A stretch of DNA of 64,000 nucleotides from Botryllus schlosseri (Eukaryota), in assembly GCA_051294905.1 (NCBI GenBank), contig CM119373.1, forward strand, positions 6,572,001 to 6,636,000, given 5' to 3'. Positions 46,525-60,409 of the stretch are shown here, piece after piece; positions within the stretch are counted from its first letter, which is position 1; every line of letters begins with the position of its first letter. The position numbers and the translations under genes were made by a program. The notes beneath the pieces were generated by a model. It made no database searches. It was not told the origin of the DNA and was given only the letters and a program-made list of their open reading frames with translations.

Positions 46525-48754
46525 CCACGTCATATATTTCCTGAATTGAAACCTTTTCTGGACTGATCTGCAATTCTCTATCATATTTTGCTTTTTGGGT
46601 TATCCGAATTTTCAATGAATGTGCACAATTAAGCAATAATTCTTTTCAATTTCAGTTTTCTCGTTTCTTTGTCACCTTTCTGTGGCATGAACAAGTTCCA
46701 TCTTGCCTAATATATATTATTTTTGGTGAAATTGTTCTCTGCTCCTCACATATTAATATTAGTGTCCCTGTGAGTGTGCCGATATATCGGTCGACCTCTA
46801 CTACAATTACGCTCCGTGTATTTTCGAACTCATCGTCCTCCACCAGCTCTACCGCTAACTCTGATCATGTGGGCGGAGAGTTGATCATGTGGGCGGAGAT
46901 TAGTATCTATATAGTAATATATGGGACAACCAATATCATTGACAGAATTCATTCAGATAATATAAACACCAGATTCATACAGTAACGAGTTTCATATAAC
47001 AAGCACCCCCCTCCCCAGAAGTTGCATCGATTACCCTTTAGTGTGTGCTCAAAATCATTTTTTATTTAAGGGGAAGGGGCTGAACACGTTTGCTTTCATT
47101 CCCGGTTACCCAAAACACAGCGAAATACTACTAAACCGGATCGTGACCACCTCAGGTCTATAAGCAAGGCTTTGCTAGTGTGACGTGATAACCAAGTTTG
47201 AAATCAACGAGTGGACGGTAAAGAGTGTCCGGAATTCGTGTTGCTGAAACATGGTAACCCTAATCTAGAAAAACTTGCGAAAATGACAATACATCTAACG
47301 ACAGAATACTCTAGCACTTCCATACACTCTACCAACTGGGACCCACCATCAAGAGATGGAATGACTCAATATTCACGAACAGCAAGCCACACCGTACATT
47401 CCTATCGACACGATGGACAAGAAACGTTAAAGCCGCAGAAAAGCTAAAATGGGACCTGGAAGATTGGCAAAACACACAATTAAAAGACATATACAACAGA
47501 ATCAAAAGATTACACGAAAACATGGGCTACCAGGAGCGCAATGAAATAAACTAGAGCTCAATCCAAATGAAGAATAAGCAAATAGGTAATCTGATCAAAA
47601 AATAAAGAAAGAGTTATACCATACCGCATCGCTAGATACGGGTTCCTATTCGGTTGGGAAAGAGTACAAAAAACAAACTGGGGCATCGAACAAGACCACC
47701 TGCCATAACAACATGCCGACAATGCGGATGCAAAAGGAAGCCCTGAGCCACATCCTATACATATTAGAGATGTACAGGATCAGGATTTAAGATTCTAACA
47801 GGTCAGGAATCCGGGTGATTTTTTGGCAACAGGATTGGATCCGGATTCCAAATTTTACTGTTTTGCCGGATCCGGATTAGGACAGGATTTTTATTTTGAC
47901 GAAAACATGATCAGAATCTTGTCGAACATGCTTTGATTCAGAAAAGGTAGAACTTATCTTCTCGGAGTTTATAAATTATATTTCTTACAAAGAGAATTCT
48001 GATAATATATATTTTCCGCGTAGGAAATTTCAGCGGCAGAAACGTCTTGAGCTGCTCTTTCGTCAGATCTTGATGTTGGTTGATAATATCATTTCGGGTT
48101 CTTGTCTAATTCAGAATGTCAGAGGTTTTAGAATTGATAGCTCAAAATGACATTATTAAGGCTGACGAAAACACCGTCACAAGGACTAAAAGTGATGCTT
48201 GGAGACAGTTCTATACTTGGTAGGCAAGCGAGATGGGAAATATGCTGGCTGTGGTTTGTGCTTGCTGCCAGTATCATGTCAAAGTTCAACTGATGAGCTC
48301 GAAGACTATATTAAGAGTACTTTGAGTGACTCAGATATTGGAGATGGCATCAGCTTAGATGAATCGTCTTGAAGAATCCCAATACAATTGCTAGGTATCG
48401 AAATCTCAGTATACTTGCTGTTGGTAAAATGAATATTAGTATTCCTGCATCAAGTGCATCCATCAGGGTAAGGGGGGTTCAGTTTATGTTGAAATACTAA
48501 TGAGAAAAAAAGAACCTTGCTTACAGCTTAGATGCTTTAGTTGTACCGTAGTTAAAAGTTCTGGTGACTATGTTTCGTGTCATCATTTCATTTTTTCTGT
48601 CAGTCTGTATCTTAACGATGACCATGTTGCAGTTGTTGAATGCAATTTCAGTTATCAACTATCTATTTGCAGTATGTAAACTACTATTATTTTGTAGAGA
48701 CTCTTTGGGGTACAGAACTTTAATATACATTTTAATAATATATTCATATTAAAA

Positions 48755-48787
48755 CCCGAAGCTTTTCGAACTGACACTTTTCAAGGG
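48755..48787 (-). ncRNA. Minimal type I hammerhead ribozyme (C3U/G8A variant), element-sense copy
   Basis: ccc-UUGAAAA-GUGUCAGUUC-GAAA-AGCU-UC-ggg on the minus strand. Confidence 0.65.
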
Positions 48788-50236
48788 CAATCGTCAGCAA
48801 ATGGAGAATTTCAAAAACATGCATCTAGCTACATTGCATACAACCAATTATGACGTCATAGAAACAAACAACATGAAATACAGGCAAACCGCGAGCGCAG
48901 CTAGTGGACAATTTTTTTATTTTTTATTTTTTTTTATTTATTTATCGGAGATCAGTTACGGCTGCGTCTTCGCGAGATTCCAATATGCGTGATCTAATAA
49001 CGCTGGGGACATGTTGCTTGATGCGTTCCTGCAAGCGCTGAGTTGTTCTTCCCACGTACCGACAATCACAGTGGCACTTGAAATCATAGAATATATTGCT
49101 TTGTTTAAAAGCAGGAACCAATTATGACGTCATAGAAACAAACAACATGAAATACAGGCAAACCGCGAGCGTAGCTAGTGGACAATGTTTTTTATTTTTT
49201 ATTTTTTTATTTATTTATCGGAGATCAGTTACGGCTGCGTCTTCGCGAGAGTCCAATATGCGTGATCTAATAACGCTGGGGACATGTTGCTTGATGCGTT
49301 CCTGCAAGCGCTGAGTTGTTGTTCCCACGTACCGACAATCACAGTGGCACTTGAAATCATAGACTATATTGCTTTGTTGAAAAGCAGGAAGAACATCTTT
49401 GCGCGTTGCAGGAAGCAATTGTTTGGTGGTAAACACAACATTAGTTTTTACGTTATCGTAACAGCGATTTACAGCAGAAATCAATTGCTTTTCAAACCGG
49501 GAAGAGATGGGGCCCAGCCACGGCAAATGTATATATACATTTTCCCCAGACCGTGTGTTCGTGTTTTGTGATTTGTTGGGATTGAAATTACTGATTTTTC
49601 TGTCCACAGAACTCTTGATGATGTGTTCGGGGTAGCCGTTACCGATTAGAATTTTGCGGATATATTCTAGCTCCGCGTTTAATTTTATATCCGAACAAAT
49701 CATCAAGGCTCTGTGCACCAATGTGCCAATCAAATTTAGTTTACGGCGATTCGGGCTAAAAGAATTCCACCGTATGTAATGCCCTGTAAACGTTGGCTTC
49801 CGGTAAACCGAAGTGACAAAACTAATACCCCGTTTTTCCACCAGAACGTCTAAGAATGGTAACGAGTTAGCACGCTCTTTTTCAAATGTGAATTTTAAAG
49901 ACGAGTGTAGAGAATTCAAGTTAACAAAAAAATCATCGAACTCCGTCTCATTTTGACAGATAACGAAGGTGTCGTCGACATAGCGACGGTACATGAATGG
50001 AGGCTTGGTTTCATCTGCGGCGAAAAGTCTGTTTTCATGGAATCCCACAAATATATTGGCTAAAATCGGGCCAAGAGGGCTACCCATAGCTACACCGTCG
50101 GTTTGCATGGAGATGTCCACTAGCTGCGCTCGCGGTTTGCCTGTATTTCATGTTGTTTGTTTCTATGACGTCATAATTGGTTGTATGCAATGTAGCTAGA
50201 TGCATGTTTTTGAAATTCTCCATTTGCTGACGATTG

Positions 50237-50269
50237 CCCTTGAAAAGTGTCAGCTCGAAAAGCTTCGGG
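50237..50269 (+). ncRNA. Minimal type I hammerhead ribozyme (C3U/G8A variant), inverted pseudo-LTR copy
   Basis: ccc-UUGAAAA-GUGUCAGCUC-GAAA-AGCU-UC-ggg. Palindromic helix III; upstream gctgac is complementary to gtcagc in loop II. Confidence 0.7.
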
Positions 50270-51841
50270 TTTTAATATGAATATATTATTAAAATGTATA
50301 TTATTTTGTACGTTCATCCTGGCTTCAGTTTCTGTTGATGTTTATATTTTTCCAGAAATCGCATATCACACGGTAATATAATATTTGCCGCTACTCATAT
50401 AGTAATATGGATCATGAAGCAATTTTTGAAAACAGGATTATTTTTGAACTCGGATAATGAAATATGCGATTGCAACAGGATCAGGATTGGATCAGGATTA
50501 TGATATCATGAAACAGGATTGGATCAGGATCCTAAAAAACCATGATCCGTACATCTCTAATACATATGCCCAATTGCCAGCCAGATAGATACTCAAGAGG
50601 CTAGAAAAAAAACCGAAAGCAAGTAAGGGCTAGAAAAAATCCGAAAGCAAGTAACAGATACCAACATACGACTAGCTGAGGAACTCCTTCCCTTCAATAT
50701 GAGAATTGCCACACAATTCCTTGTAACCCTATGCAAAGGGAAGGCAACACCCAACCGAATTGGTCTCGATATAGACAACGAAACGGAGAAAGATTCAGAT
50801 GAATACGCGACAAAAACATACAAAAGCAGCATTTCAACGACAAGAACAAGGCTGAACGAACCCCTGCCAATGGTCCTCGAGCGACTTAGGGCCCTGCTGA
50901 GAGACCTCCGACACCCAGGCTGCAACACAATCGCACAAAGACTTTTCGTATCTACAACGCGCAAGAACTGTCCAAAATGGACAAGGCAACAAAAGATACA
51001 CCTTACAAGCGACGTGTGGTGTTACCACGTGCGACTGTTGAAGGCTTTGAAGATTGGACGACACGTTGCCTCCAGGAAAATTGTATACCTGACCCAAAGT
51101 CGGAAGCGTTTGTCCGAAGAACTTGGGTATTGATGAAAAGCAAATATAGAGCTGGTTTTGCCGGAAAAGCTCGAAAATAAGAAAAAATAAAACAGCCCAT
51201 TGAAGGACAGAAAACACGGGAAACGGCAGTATTGCAACTGGCCCGCCAACGGAACCTACGATAAACAGTAGTGATTCGACCCGTACGGCATCGCAATCAT
51301 CAGACATGAGTTCATGCTTAGTCATTCCTAGAAATTCAGACATGTACTTACAGAGCTTTGGTGATTATATCAAAAGGCGACTGAGTTGGCTACGGAATAT
51401 ATGTGTCCACTCACCCTGGAAAGTCCTCTCTTTGAAGATATGACAACGACAAGAATGAATCACTTCAAAAAGGGATTGGACATTATGCAGAAGGCTTACC
51501 ATGAATGTGTACAGTGGGATATTGAGATGATAGATGAAAACAACGACGCAACAACAGCTTTGCCGGAACAATCAAGCACAGGCTCCTTGGCAGGGCCGCC
51601 TGCAAGCGCAGTACAATCGTAGGCCTACGATATTCACGGCCTTGTCTGGTTTCTGTACAGATATTCGCGATTACTCAATACGTAACAATTGACTATTGTT
51701 TTGATTGGACGATTACCGTCGACGTGACAATCGGCGATTGTCTTGATTTCGTTTCTGACACCAGACTCCTCGCATTTTGAAGCCCATAGGAAAGACCGCT
51801 ATCGCAACTCTCATTGATACCCAAAACACTAGAAGTGTGCC

Positions 51842-52130
51842 ATGATTATTAATTCGAGCCAGTCAATGAATAAATTTTTCACAAGTCGATCAGCACCAAC
51901 GACCGCAGACGATGCCAAGGGTATACCTGGACATTCCATACTCGCAAACACCAGCAATCATAGCCTATTCGTCACCAAAGATTGCACATCGCAACTGTTC
52001 AAATCAATATTCACCCATTTCAACATCGCAAACAAGTTCGCTTCAGCGACGACCAAGTCTACAAGCATCGTTACTGGAGTTCCTGCTCCATACGCCCAAA
52101 AATGATCTTATCAAAACTTGGCGTACAGCC
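51842..52130 (+). pseudogene. hAT-like transposase fragment
   Basis: 'NHSLFVTKDCTSQLFKSIF...IANKFASATTKSTSIVTGV' resembles a region seen in hAT-derived transposases. Confidence 0.45.
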
Positions 52131-52770
52131 TTTTTTCATATAAATTGGCGCCTTTAAACAACATCGTGAAAATGTTCGGTTTTTCACCCTATGGGGAACC
52201 CAAGACAAACCGTTTTTTATGGAGGGGGGTGACGAAGTGCAGTTTCGGCCCTGAGTAAACGTAAACCTAGAGCTGAGCTGTCGCAAGACCTATGAAGCAC
52301 TTTATAATAACAAGGAGTTGCTGGAGAAGGTTGTTTCTGGCTAAAAGTATGGAATGTGATATGCCACAGTTTGTATAAAATCAAGGCATTTACAAAAACG
52401 CTTTTTAATGCTTATCTAATTTTTCGTTCCAGCTATCAATCACTTCTTACGAAAGAAGGCTACATCGCCCGCCGTCGTTCGACAGCGCATGCAGGACATT
52501 CTATCCGGTTACATGTTTATTTATATATTCCAATTCTGAAGTACGATTCGCGACAACGGTATCTCGGGTATCATATAGGCATTTTTCAGAGTGTACCTTT
52601 TACACATGTCACCTACGTAAGCTTTTTATTATAAACGTGTTTTTGATGCATTTTTCCATGGCGAGTAATGATGATACTAAGCGCGTTTTCGCCCCTAGCC
52701 TGACCTTGCGAACCCTAAACATGTTAAGGTCGAGAAATCCTTACCCGCAGAGAGCTCGACAAGGTTAGTA

Positions 52771-52901
52771 CGCATAATTTTGATAGTCTTAGTACGCATA
52801 ATTTCGATAGCCCGCATAATTTCGATAGCCAAGTAGAAGTTGCGCGTAATTTCGATAGCAAAGTAGAAGTTACGCATAATTTCGATAGCCAAGTAGAAGT
52901 T
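52771..52901. repeat. Short minisatellite
   Basis: Five cgcataatttcgatag-type cores, the last three followed by (c/a)aagtagaagtt (29-bp period). Confidence 0.85.
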
Positions 52902-53772
52902 AACTCGACACCTACTTAGATTTTTTTGTATATACGCGTTTTTCAACTACATTTCTCCATGCCGAGTACTGATCAATGTTTATATGTTTGTTTCCCCATA
53001 GCCGCTATTCACGCAGTATCGCTATATTCATATATTTTATTACCTCTCCCTTTAGCCAAAACGCCAGGACTATCAATCATACCCACCGTTTTATACGTGA
53101 TTCCATTTCCTTAGGGACATCTGGATATCCACGTCCTTATCACGACATAGCAGACCTCACTTGCCAGTCTGCTCACGCGCACTTGCCATGATACTACATA
53201 TCACCTAGCAGTGCGTCCACACTTTCAGCGCACACTTGCTACGATACTATATATCACCTCAAGCAGTGCGTCCACACTTTCAACGCACACTTGATACGAT
53301 AGAGTAGGGTGGTCGAAAACGGACACCAGGGGTAATATGGACACTTGTCAGGTAAATATTCGATCACTTACCAACACGGGTTGACCATGTTTGGCGCCAA
53401 AAATACGAAATAGACCCATATGAAGCCGTTACAGCGAAATCAGCAACAATGTATCGATTTAGCTGTGTGTTGTCGCCTTAGCGACTGTTGACGCTTTCGT
53501 TGAGGAGGAAGAGTGGCATATCTGTAGAATAGCCATGTAATCCGGACCTGTATGCCGAATTATGTATGTGATTGCGACTATATTCGTGTTTCGGTGGACT
53601 GCAAGTCGGAGCAGTGTAGATTATGAATTCGACTTGGGCGTTTGATGATGTTTACCGCCAGTTCATCAATTTTAAATATGTGATGTATCTGTTGCAGCTA
53701 GATGTGGCTGGTAGAGGGGGTTAAACTTCATTTGGGGCCCACATTTTCCAAATATCGTCGAATTATATGGCG

Positions 53773-56357
53773 CAGTGCTTTTTAACCTGTGTGACGGTTC
53801 GCACCTGTGCGAATAAAAAAATTTGTAGTGCGAATGACGAGCATGGTGCGAACGGTGCGAATGAAAATCCCGGATGACTGCGAATGAAAATCGCTAATAA
53901 TAATGGTCAATGTTTCGGACCTGGAATAATTCAAATAAACCTTATAGGAAATTCAAGGGCAGTGTAACTTTTGTTGTTGCGACGCAATCGTAAACAGTTG
54001 TTTAATTTACGACGCACCACTAGTCGTAGCTCTCACAAGCCGTAGTGAATTATTATTTTCGCACTATAATCATTACGTAGCCAAAGGCTTGGTTTGGAAG
54101 CTGGTGTAGTGGCAGACTTACAATATCAGATTATCAGCCCGTCTGAGCCTGCGACTGGAAAATGACGTTAAATTTACTTTCTGCTTACTTTCGCTAAACA
54201 ATCATCATACTTCCGTAATACCTGTTCGATAAGTGAGAGGCACGAGGATAGTAGTAAATACTATCATCACAGACTCCCATTTGCAGGTTACTGTAACGCA
54301 AATCTTACCTCTTCAAGGGTTAGTAAAGTATGGACTGCAAAAGATATAATTTTGGGTCAACACGGTGCCAGAGCTATCTCTTAATATGTATGTAATATCT
54401 GTACAATTTATGGAAAAAGTCCTGCGATAGCTTTTACAAATCTATAAGGTCACGGTGTTGGGTACTGGAGCTAATAAGCTTTATCATGGAAAGTCATGAT
54501 AATATTTGCCAGACTGGTTTTTCTGGAAAACATGGTCGAAGACCGTTGGGATGAACTACTTTAGGGACTAGGGATGTGCAACGAGCGAGTTCACGTCTAT
54601 GAGACTCATTCATTTCGAGGCCAACCTCTTCTGCGTTGGGTCACATGAAGACGGAAAGTTTTGGTCAACAAACGGCTGATAAAATGCGGTGCCAAAACAT
54701 AAGCGTCGACAAAATCCTGGCCAAAAATGACCGATAATGGATGGCCAATTCATTCGATATGGATATGCTCCATTGTCATCATGGAATAGTCCCGTTCTTG
54801 CAACCAGAGTAGACCAGGGGTGTCAAACTCAACTGGCGTCTTGGGCCGGATTCAACACTTCAGATCGCTCGCGGGCCGCACCTAAATTCCCCATTCCCAA
54901 AATACCTCAAAATCCATGCCTTATTTTTCATTTGAATACTCCATTAACCAGCGTATATACACAATAGTGTGTTACATTATATTACGGATCATGGGGGTTC
55001 TATTCTAGCTGCACCTTTTATTCGCAAACAGTGGAATTAGCTATAATACGATGATTGGGCGGATGAGTGAAGTTATAAGCCTATAACCCAGTGGCTCTAA
55101 CGATGGTTTAAGTTAGCGTATTTCTATGCTCCCTTCGTTTTAGTGATATATTGGCATAAACCGTGCGAATGCGTTGTGAGGAATGGAAACACGGTCGTCA
55201 AAGTCAGCGACCTGGTACTAATGGTGACTAGAAACCACAACGCCGTAGTCTGGTGGTTATAATGTTGCTCATAAACATGCTCGACATGTGCTATCTTGAA
55301 GGACTATATATTGGTTATATTTCTTACTAAAAATCTCAACATCTTTTAGAAATGTTCTGCATATGACAAGCATTTATCAATCTACTCAAAATGGCTTCGC
55401 GGGCCGGATGAAATCACCTGACGGGCCGGATGCGACCCGCGGGCCGTATTGTTCGACACCCCTGGAGTAGACAGTAGTACAACTGCGACACGCAAAGGAA
55501 TTTAATTCACCATAATTTGAAATCGCGTGCGTCAGATATATTTTGTAGAGCTGTGTTGGATATAGAACTGTTGTGTGCGCGTGTTGTATGTCATGCATGT
55601 CCGTCACATCATAGCATACTACTGTAATATTAAAAATGAATTCCTTTTTATGGGTGAGGCTCGGGTCGCGAGATGCCACAAAAACTCAGATTTTCGTCGT
55701 AGTCTAAAAAACTGCTTTAACGTTATTGAACTGTCATGAATTCTCAAGCTAGATTTAGCTAGAGAGCAGAACACACAGTATCGTGAGTTTATTTGCTCTT
55801 ACCACTTACTCTCGAGACGGAAAATGCGAAATCGAAAAAAAAAGTTGGAGAAAAAAAAGTTGGAGCAACGTATCATAAGGTAGCGAGCTCTAATGTGCCT
55901 ACTCTCCTTGATCATTTGGACCTTTTATTCCAAGACATAAAGCAAAAGCTTCAACACAAACATGTGAGTTATTCACACTTCCGACGTACTGGAGCCTCCT
56001 AGATCTTTTTGTCAGCTCTCAAAATCTCAAAATTTTGTTCAGCAAGCATTTTTCACTCTTGAAATATACGCTGTATGTTGGATAGGAGTGCAGAAAAGAC
56101 TGTAAGACCTGGTCATCCAAGCACTAGTAGAAGGGTTTTAGTGAAATAGTTGAAATCAAAACGAGCGAAAATAGTAGCCTATTTAATGAGACACTTAATA
56201 GCTTAAGCTAGATAGTAGCCAATTTGTTGAACATCTGAACAAATAAATGTTGTATTTTCATCTTCTTTTTGTAGTACAATATTCGGTTAGTTTGTGCGAA
56301 TGAAATTTATTTTACAAAATTAGTGCGAATGACGCTCAAAAAGGTTGAAAAGCACTG
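53773..56357. mobile_element. Non-autonomous hAT element with tgcgaa subterminal motifs
   Basis: TIRs cagtgctttttaacc / ggttgaaaagcactg. 8-bp TSD atatggcg at 53765-53772 and 56358-56365. Confidence 0.92.
54815..55464. mobile_element. hAT MITE nested in the 53773-56357 element
   Basis: TIRs caggggtgtcaaac / gttcgacacccctg. 8-bp TSD gagtagac at 54807-54814 and 55465-55472. Confidence 0.93.
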
Positions 56358-56523
56358 ATATGGCGGATTGCTGTAACAAATTTAGACTTGTTACCTGAAT
56401 AATAACACACATAAAGGATTTTATTGGTGTTATTTGGTAGCTGTATTCAATTGTAATTTGAAGCCATTTTACATGTGTCCATGTTACCCCATGTTACAGA
56501 TATCTTTATACGTTTATGCTAAA

Positions 56524-57960
56524 ATGCCGCGAAATTTTCAAAGAAAGGGTAACAGAGTGAGTTGGGATGAAAATGATATGAAAAAAGAAATAGATGAGGT
56601 TTCCAGAGGATCAAAAATTTAGGCAGCAGCTAGAAGTTTTGACATACCAAGGACAACTCTAATCCGTCACTTGTCTGGAGATTTGACAAAAAAGTCAGCT
56701 TCGAAAAAGGTAGGCAGCTTTTTTTGTTGGGGAGGCTAATTAGTCAAAACTTTTGACTCATATTTTAGAATCTGAGAGACGAGGTTTCCCACTTATTGTT
56801 GAAGACATAAGAAATAGGCTTTTGAATTTGTGGAAGAAAATCATATTCCACATAATTTCTCCACTTGCAAAAAGATGGCTGGATTGGATTGGTGGAGGGG
56901 ATTTCGTGGGCGTCACAAGGACACTCTGACAATCAGAAAGCCACAAGCCTTATCTATTCAAAGGGCCATCCACTTGAACAAGCCAATTGTGGATACGTAT
57001 TTCAAATTAATTCAAGAATTAATGACGAAATATGCGATTCTAGGGAATCCCGGACGGATATATAATGCTGACGAAACAGGACTGAGTTTGGTTCCTGGCG
57101 TGAAAAATGTTGTTCGTTGCAAAGGTTCCCGGTACTGTAGCCAAATAACAAGCGCAGAGCGGGGCCAACTGCAAACTGTGCTAATGGCAGTAAATGCAGC
57201 TGGTCACTACGTTCCACCAATGGTAATATTCAAGGGGAAGAGACCCAATGCTCGCTTGGAACGTGGCATGCCTCCTTCTACAATTTTAAAATACAGTGAA
57301 ACTGGCTACATAAATCGAGATTTGTTTCATGAGTGGATGGTTCATTTGGTGATGCATGAACAAAATGTGTCTGGCAAAACATTGCTGATTCTTGATGACC
57401 ATGGGTCGCATACAAGATGTGGAAAGCTCTTGCGTATGCTGCGGAGTACAATGTGGAAATTGTGAGCCTTCCTTCGCATACCAGTCATTATCTTCAGCCG
57501 CTTGATAAAATCCATTTTAAACCACTCAAAGACTACTACAAGGAGGCTGCTCGAATGCACCTACGAAATAATCCCGGAATGGGTATGTCAAAGCTGGATT
57601 TTCCCGAGTGTTCTGCAAGTCGTACATGAAAGTGGCCACTATGAGGAATGCTGTACAATCTTTTAAATCAACCGGGCTCTTTCCTCTTGAAAAATCAGTA
57701 ATTCCTGACGTCGCATGTGAGCCATCAAAAACAACTGATGTACTGATCCGAAGCTCTGATCATATGCCGACTGAAGACGCATGCTGTAGTTCCACCATTT
57801 CAACAAGCTTCTGTAGAGATGTCAACACCATCTCATCTCGTCCATTGGACCATGAAAATGCAGCAGCGAGTTCGTTTCAGAATATATTACCATTTCCAGT
57901 GTCCACTCAAAAAAGAAAAACAAGAAAGAAGTCAATTGAGACAGGAATTCGAGTATAGGC
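56524..57960 (+). pseudogene. pogo/Tigger-like transposase (HTH-psq, CENP-B HTH, DDE_1), frameshifted
   Basis: 'AAARSFDIPRTTL', 'WWRGFRGRH', 'IYNADETG', 'LLILDDHGSH', 'HTSHYLQPLD'. Candidate left end near 53301. Confidence 0.9.
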
Positions 57961-58411
57961 AAGTCAGACATACAGAAATGAGCTTACTGCCTTGGAGAAG
58001 GCTTAATCAACAAAACCAGTTCAGCCAGTCAAGCAAGTTGAGATAAATCGTTGCCTTAGTATCAATGCAGTTACCTCCAGTGTAATGGAAAAATCTCTTC
58101 TTCCCCAGTTCATTGCCATTGGTGGCACTGCATTTATTAACACAGCAGTATTTCGGCATTATATTTTAGTATACGTTACTTAATATTTAATTTTCTTTTA
58201 TTATTGATGAAGAAATAAACATTTAACTGTATATTTAATTTTCTTTTATTATTGATGAAGAAATAAACATTTAACTGTAATCTTGTCGTTTTTATACAGT
58301 CTACACGGCTATAGGAATACATCGTAGTGCCAACTAGGCTTAGGTAAATGCAGCGTCCTCCGTTGCTGCGCCGTATCCATGGCCATTGTCTCTCGACCAA
58401 TCAGCGTAGAG

Positions 58412-59321
58412 CAGTGGTTCTTAACCTGGGGGTATACCCCCAAAAGGGCAATTTACCAATTTTCGGGGTGTAATTCAAATTGTCATTTCTTATCAACTAT
58501 ATAAGGCTGCCCTGAAATATTTTAAAACGTAAATATGAATGTAGGCTATCATATATTTTTGCAAGCTTGTAGGCTATGCATTTAGTCTCACTCAACACAC
58601 CATGCCTGCTGTGATATCATAGTGACGATAACCATTAGTGATTATGAATAACAGGGTCGAATGTAGTCAAGTATATTGCTAAGCTAGTCCAATTTATTTT
58701 GCAGTAGTGCGGATCATATATTGTTACGCATGCTGGCAAATTAAAAGAGAACAAGGGGCGTCTAAGTTCAGCTTTAAACCTATAATGCAGTAACAATATC
58801 GTAGAAATATAGTTGTTAGTATTGAAAAGTGTAGTGGTCTAGTCTAGTCTGAAAAATTAAGTCTGGCATCATCAAAATGCCTTCAAAAAAGACGAAGGGA
58901 AGATATTGGAACCTTTTGGTTTCGCCTTCAAAATGAATAATAATCTTCATCCTAATGGCACTGACCTTTCCGATTGAATTTCATTCAACTATTGCTGTGA
59001 AATAGGATTTTCTGCCAATGGTATCTATAAAAACGAAATATCGAAATAAGTTTGCGATTGACAATTGCATGAGATGCTGACTGTTATGCCCCCTTTGCCT
59101 GGATGTGATCACTTGATAACACAAAACAGCATCAGCCTTCCCATTGACTCGATATTTTCAAGTCATTTCGGTGTACATTATGACGTCACTCTGTATTGTT
59201 TTACACTTAATTGCGGTAATTTGTTATTTTTGAAAAGGGGTAATTCCATCCTGTCATTTTTCTCTTGGGGGTAACGGTATGAAATTGGGGGTAACGGTAT
59301 GAAAAAGGTTAAGAACCACTG
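58412..59321. mobile_element. hAT MITE
   Basis: TIRs cagtggttcttaacc / ggttaagaaccactg. Degenerate TSD gcgtagag / gcgtaagg (6/8). Confidence 0.85.
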
Positions 59322-60214
59322 GCGTAAGGTTTGGTTTACGGCCGTATTACACCATCACTTTCTCTCCTCAGTGACCCACGGATGAGAATTTTTGGAGACT
59401 TTGTACCTAAATACCTGTATTCCGCATACGGTTACAAATGATCTCCAAGCGTACATTCTTGATGTACCCATAAATGACAAATCATACACAATCCCTAAAT
59501 ACCTGTATTCCGCATACGGTTACAAATGATCTCCAAGCGTACATTCTTGATGTACCCATAAATGACAAATCATACACAATCCATTTTTCCCCCGGACGTA
59601 CTATTACGGAACGGCTCACTGCAAATCAAACAAGGTCATTCTTCGTCATCTCTTTTGTTTTTGGGTGGACATTCCAACTGTTGCGGCCTCCAGTTATGCG
59701 CAGTCTTTGTCAATAACTTTTCGACCATGTCGTATTTTTTGAAACCAAATTTATCGACTGCGACGTCTTGGGTCGCGCACAGGATCTATTTTGTTTAGAA
59801 AGTGGTAGCTGGCGGCTGGCTGGCGGCAGAGGGCCTTTTCTTACTTTGAAATCAATCAGGACTTACAAAGTTAGCCCTATTTTCCTCGTAGGTGTTGGTT
59901 TGCGCGCTTGCTGCCAATCCGGACGGGCTGGCATGTCTCCACGCAGTCAACTGACGGGCTGGATGGATCCCGTTTGGAAAGTCGCTGATCGGTATCCCCC
60001 TGTGACTCCGAATGTATTCATGAAAGTATTCACCACTGGTCACTAACCTAAAAACTTTCTTCAACGACCGCCTGTCGTAAAATTTGTGGTATTCGTAAAG
60101 TCTGCGACGAATTGAGACGAACGGCATCTTCTGTGTGCTCTCAGTTATTGTTCTGACAACGTTCTCGAAGTTGAAAATGTCGCTTTCCAGTTTAATGCTG
60201 CCTTCAGAACAGCT

Positions 60215-60409
60215 TCATTGTCCACATAACGCATAAATCGCTCCGTCCATATTTTTAATCGACGAGAATGAAGTCGCACGTGATGCTATCTTGGCTGATA
60301 CGAGCGACCAAGTCTGATGAAGTTTCGCCAGGTTTATACGCTTCATATCCGTGCAAAATTTGTAACGTTCCCTTATCAAAAATGGCTTTGGATCGTAATG
60401 CTCTTTCAT
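60215..60409 (-). pseudogene. Gypsy gag remnant
   Basis: 'MKEHYDPKPFLIRERYKF'. Confidence 0.5.

Larger units (their letters stand above)
48720..50305 (-). mobile_element. Penelope-like element (RT C-terminus + GIY-YIG) with inverted 5' pseudo-LTR and tandem 3' repeat
   Basis: ORF 49215-50120: 'QTDGVAMGSPLGP', 'RYVDDTF', 'LPFLDV', 'YRKPT', 'NIVYDFKCHCDCRYVGTT...RIKQH'. ~48720-48910 is the reverse complement of ~50115-50305. ~270-bp tandem duplication at ~48843-49390. Confidence 0.93.
47765..50559. mobile_element. Internally deleted hAT element
   Basis: TIRs tagagatgtac / gtacatctcta. 8-bp TSD atacatat at 47757-47764 and 50560-50567. Remnant 'IPASSAS...FS' dimerisation-like motif at ~48440-48485. 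Confidence 0.88.
47400..50910 (+). mobile_element. L1/Tx1-clade LINE 3' fragment interrupted by a hAT element
   Basis: 'WDLEDWQNTQLKDIY', 'LSHILY|TCPIA' rejoined across the insertion, and 'ATQFLVTL...LPMVLERL', all homologous to the C-terminus of the 16815-22029 LINE. Confidence 0.75.

Noticed and set aside
52771-52901. CRISPR-like array (also 11055-11145 and 44700-44830)
   Set aside because: The repeats are contiguous or degenerate without unique spacers, there are no cas genes, and the context is eukaryotic.
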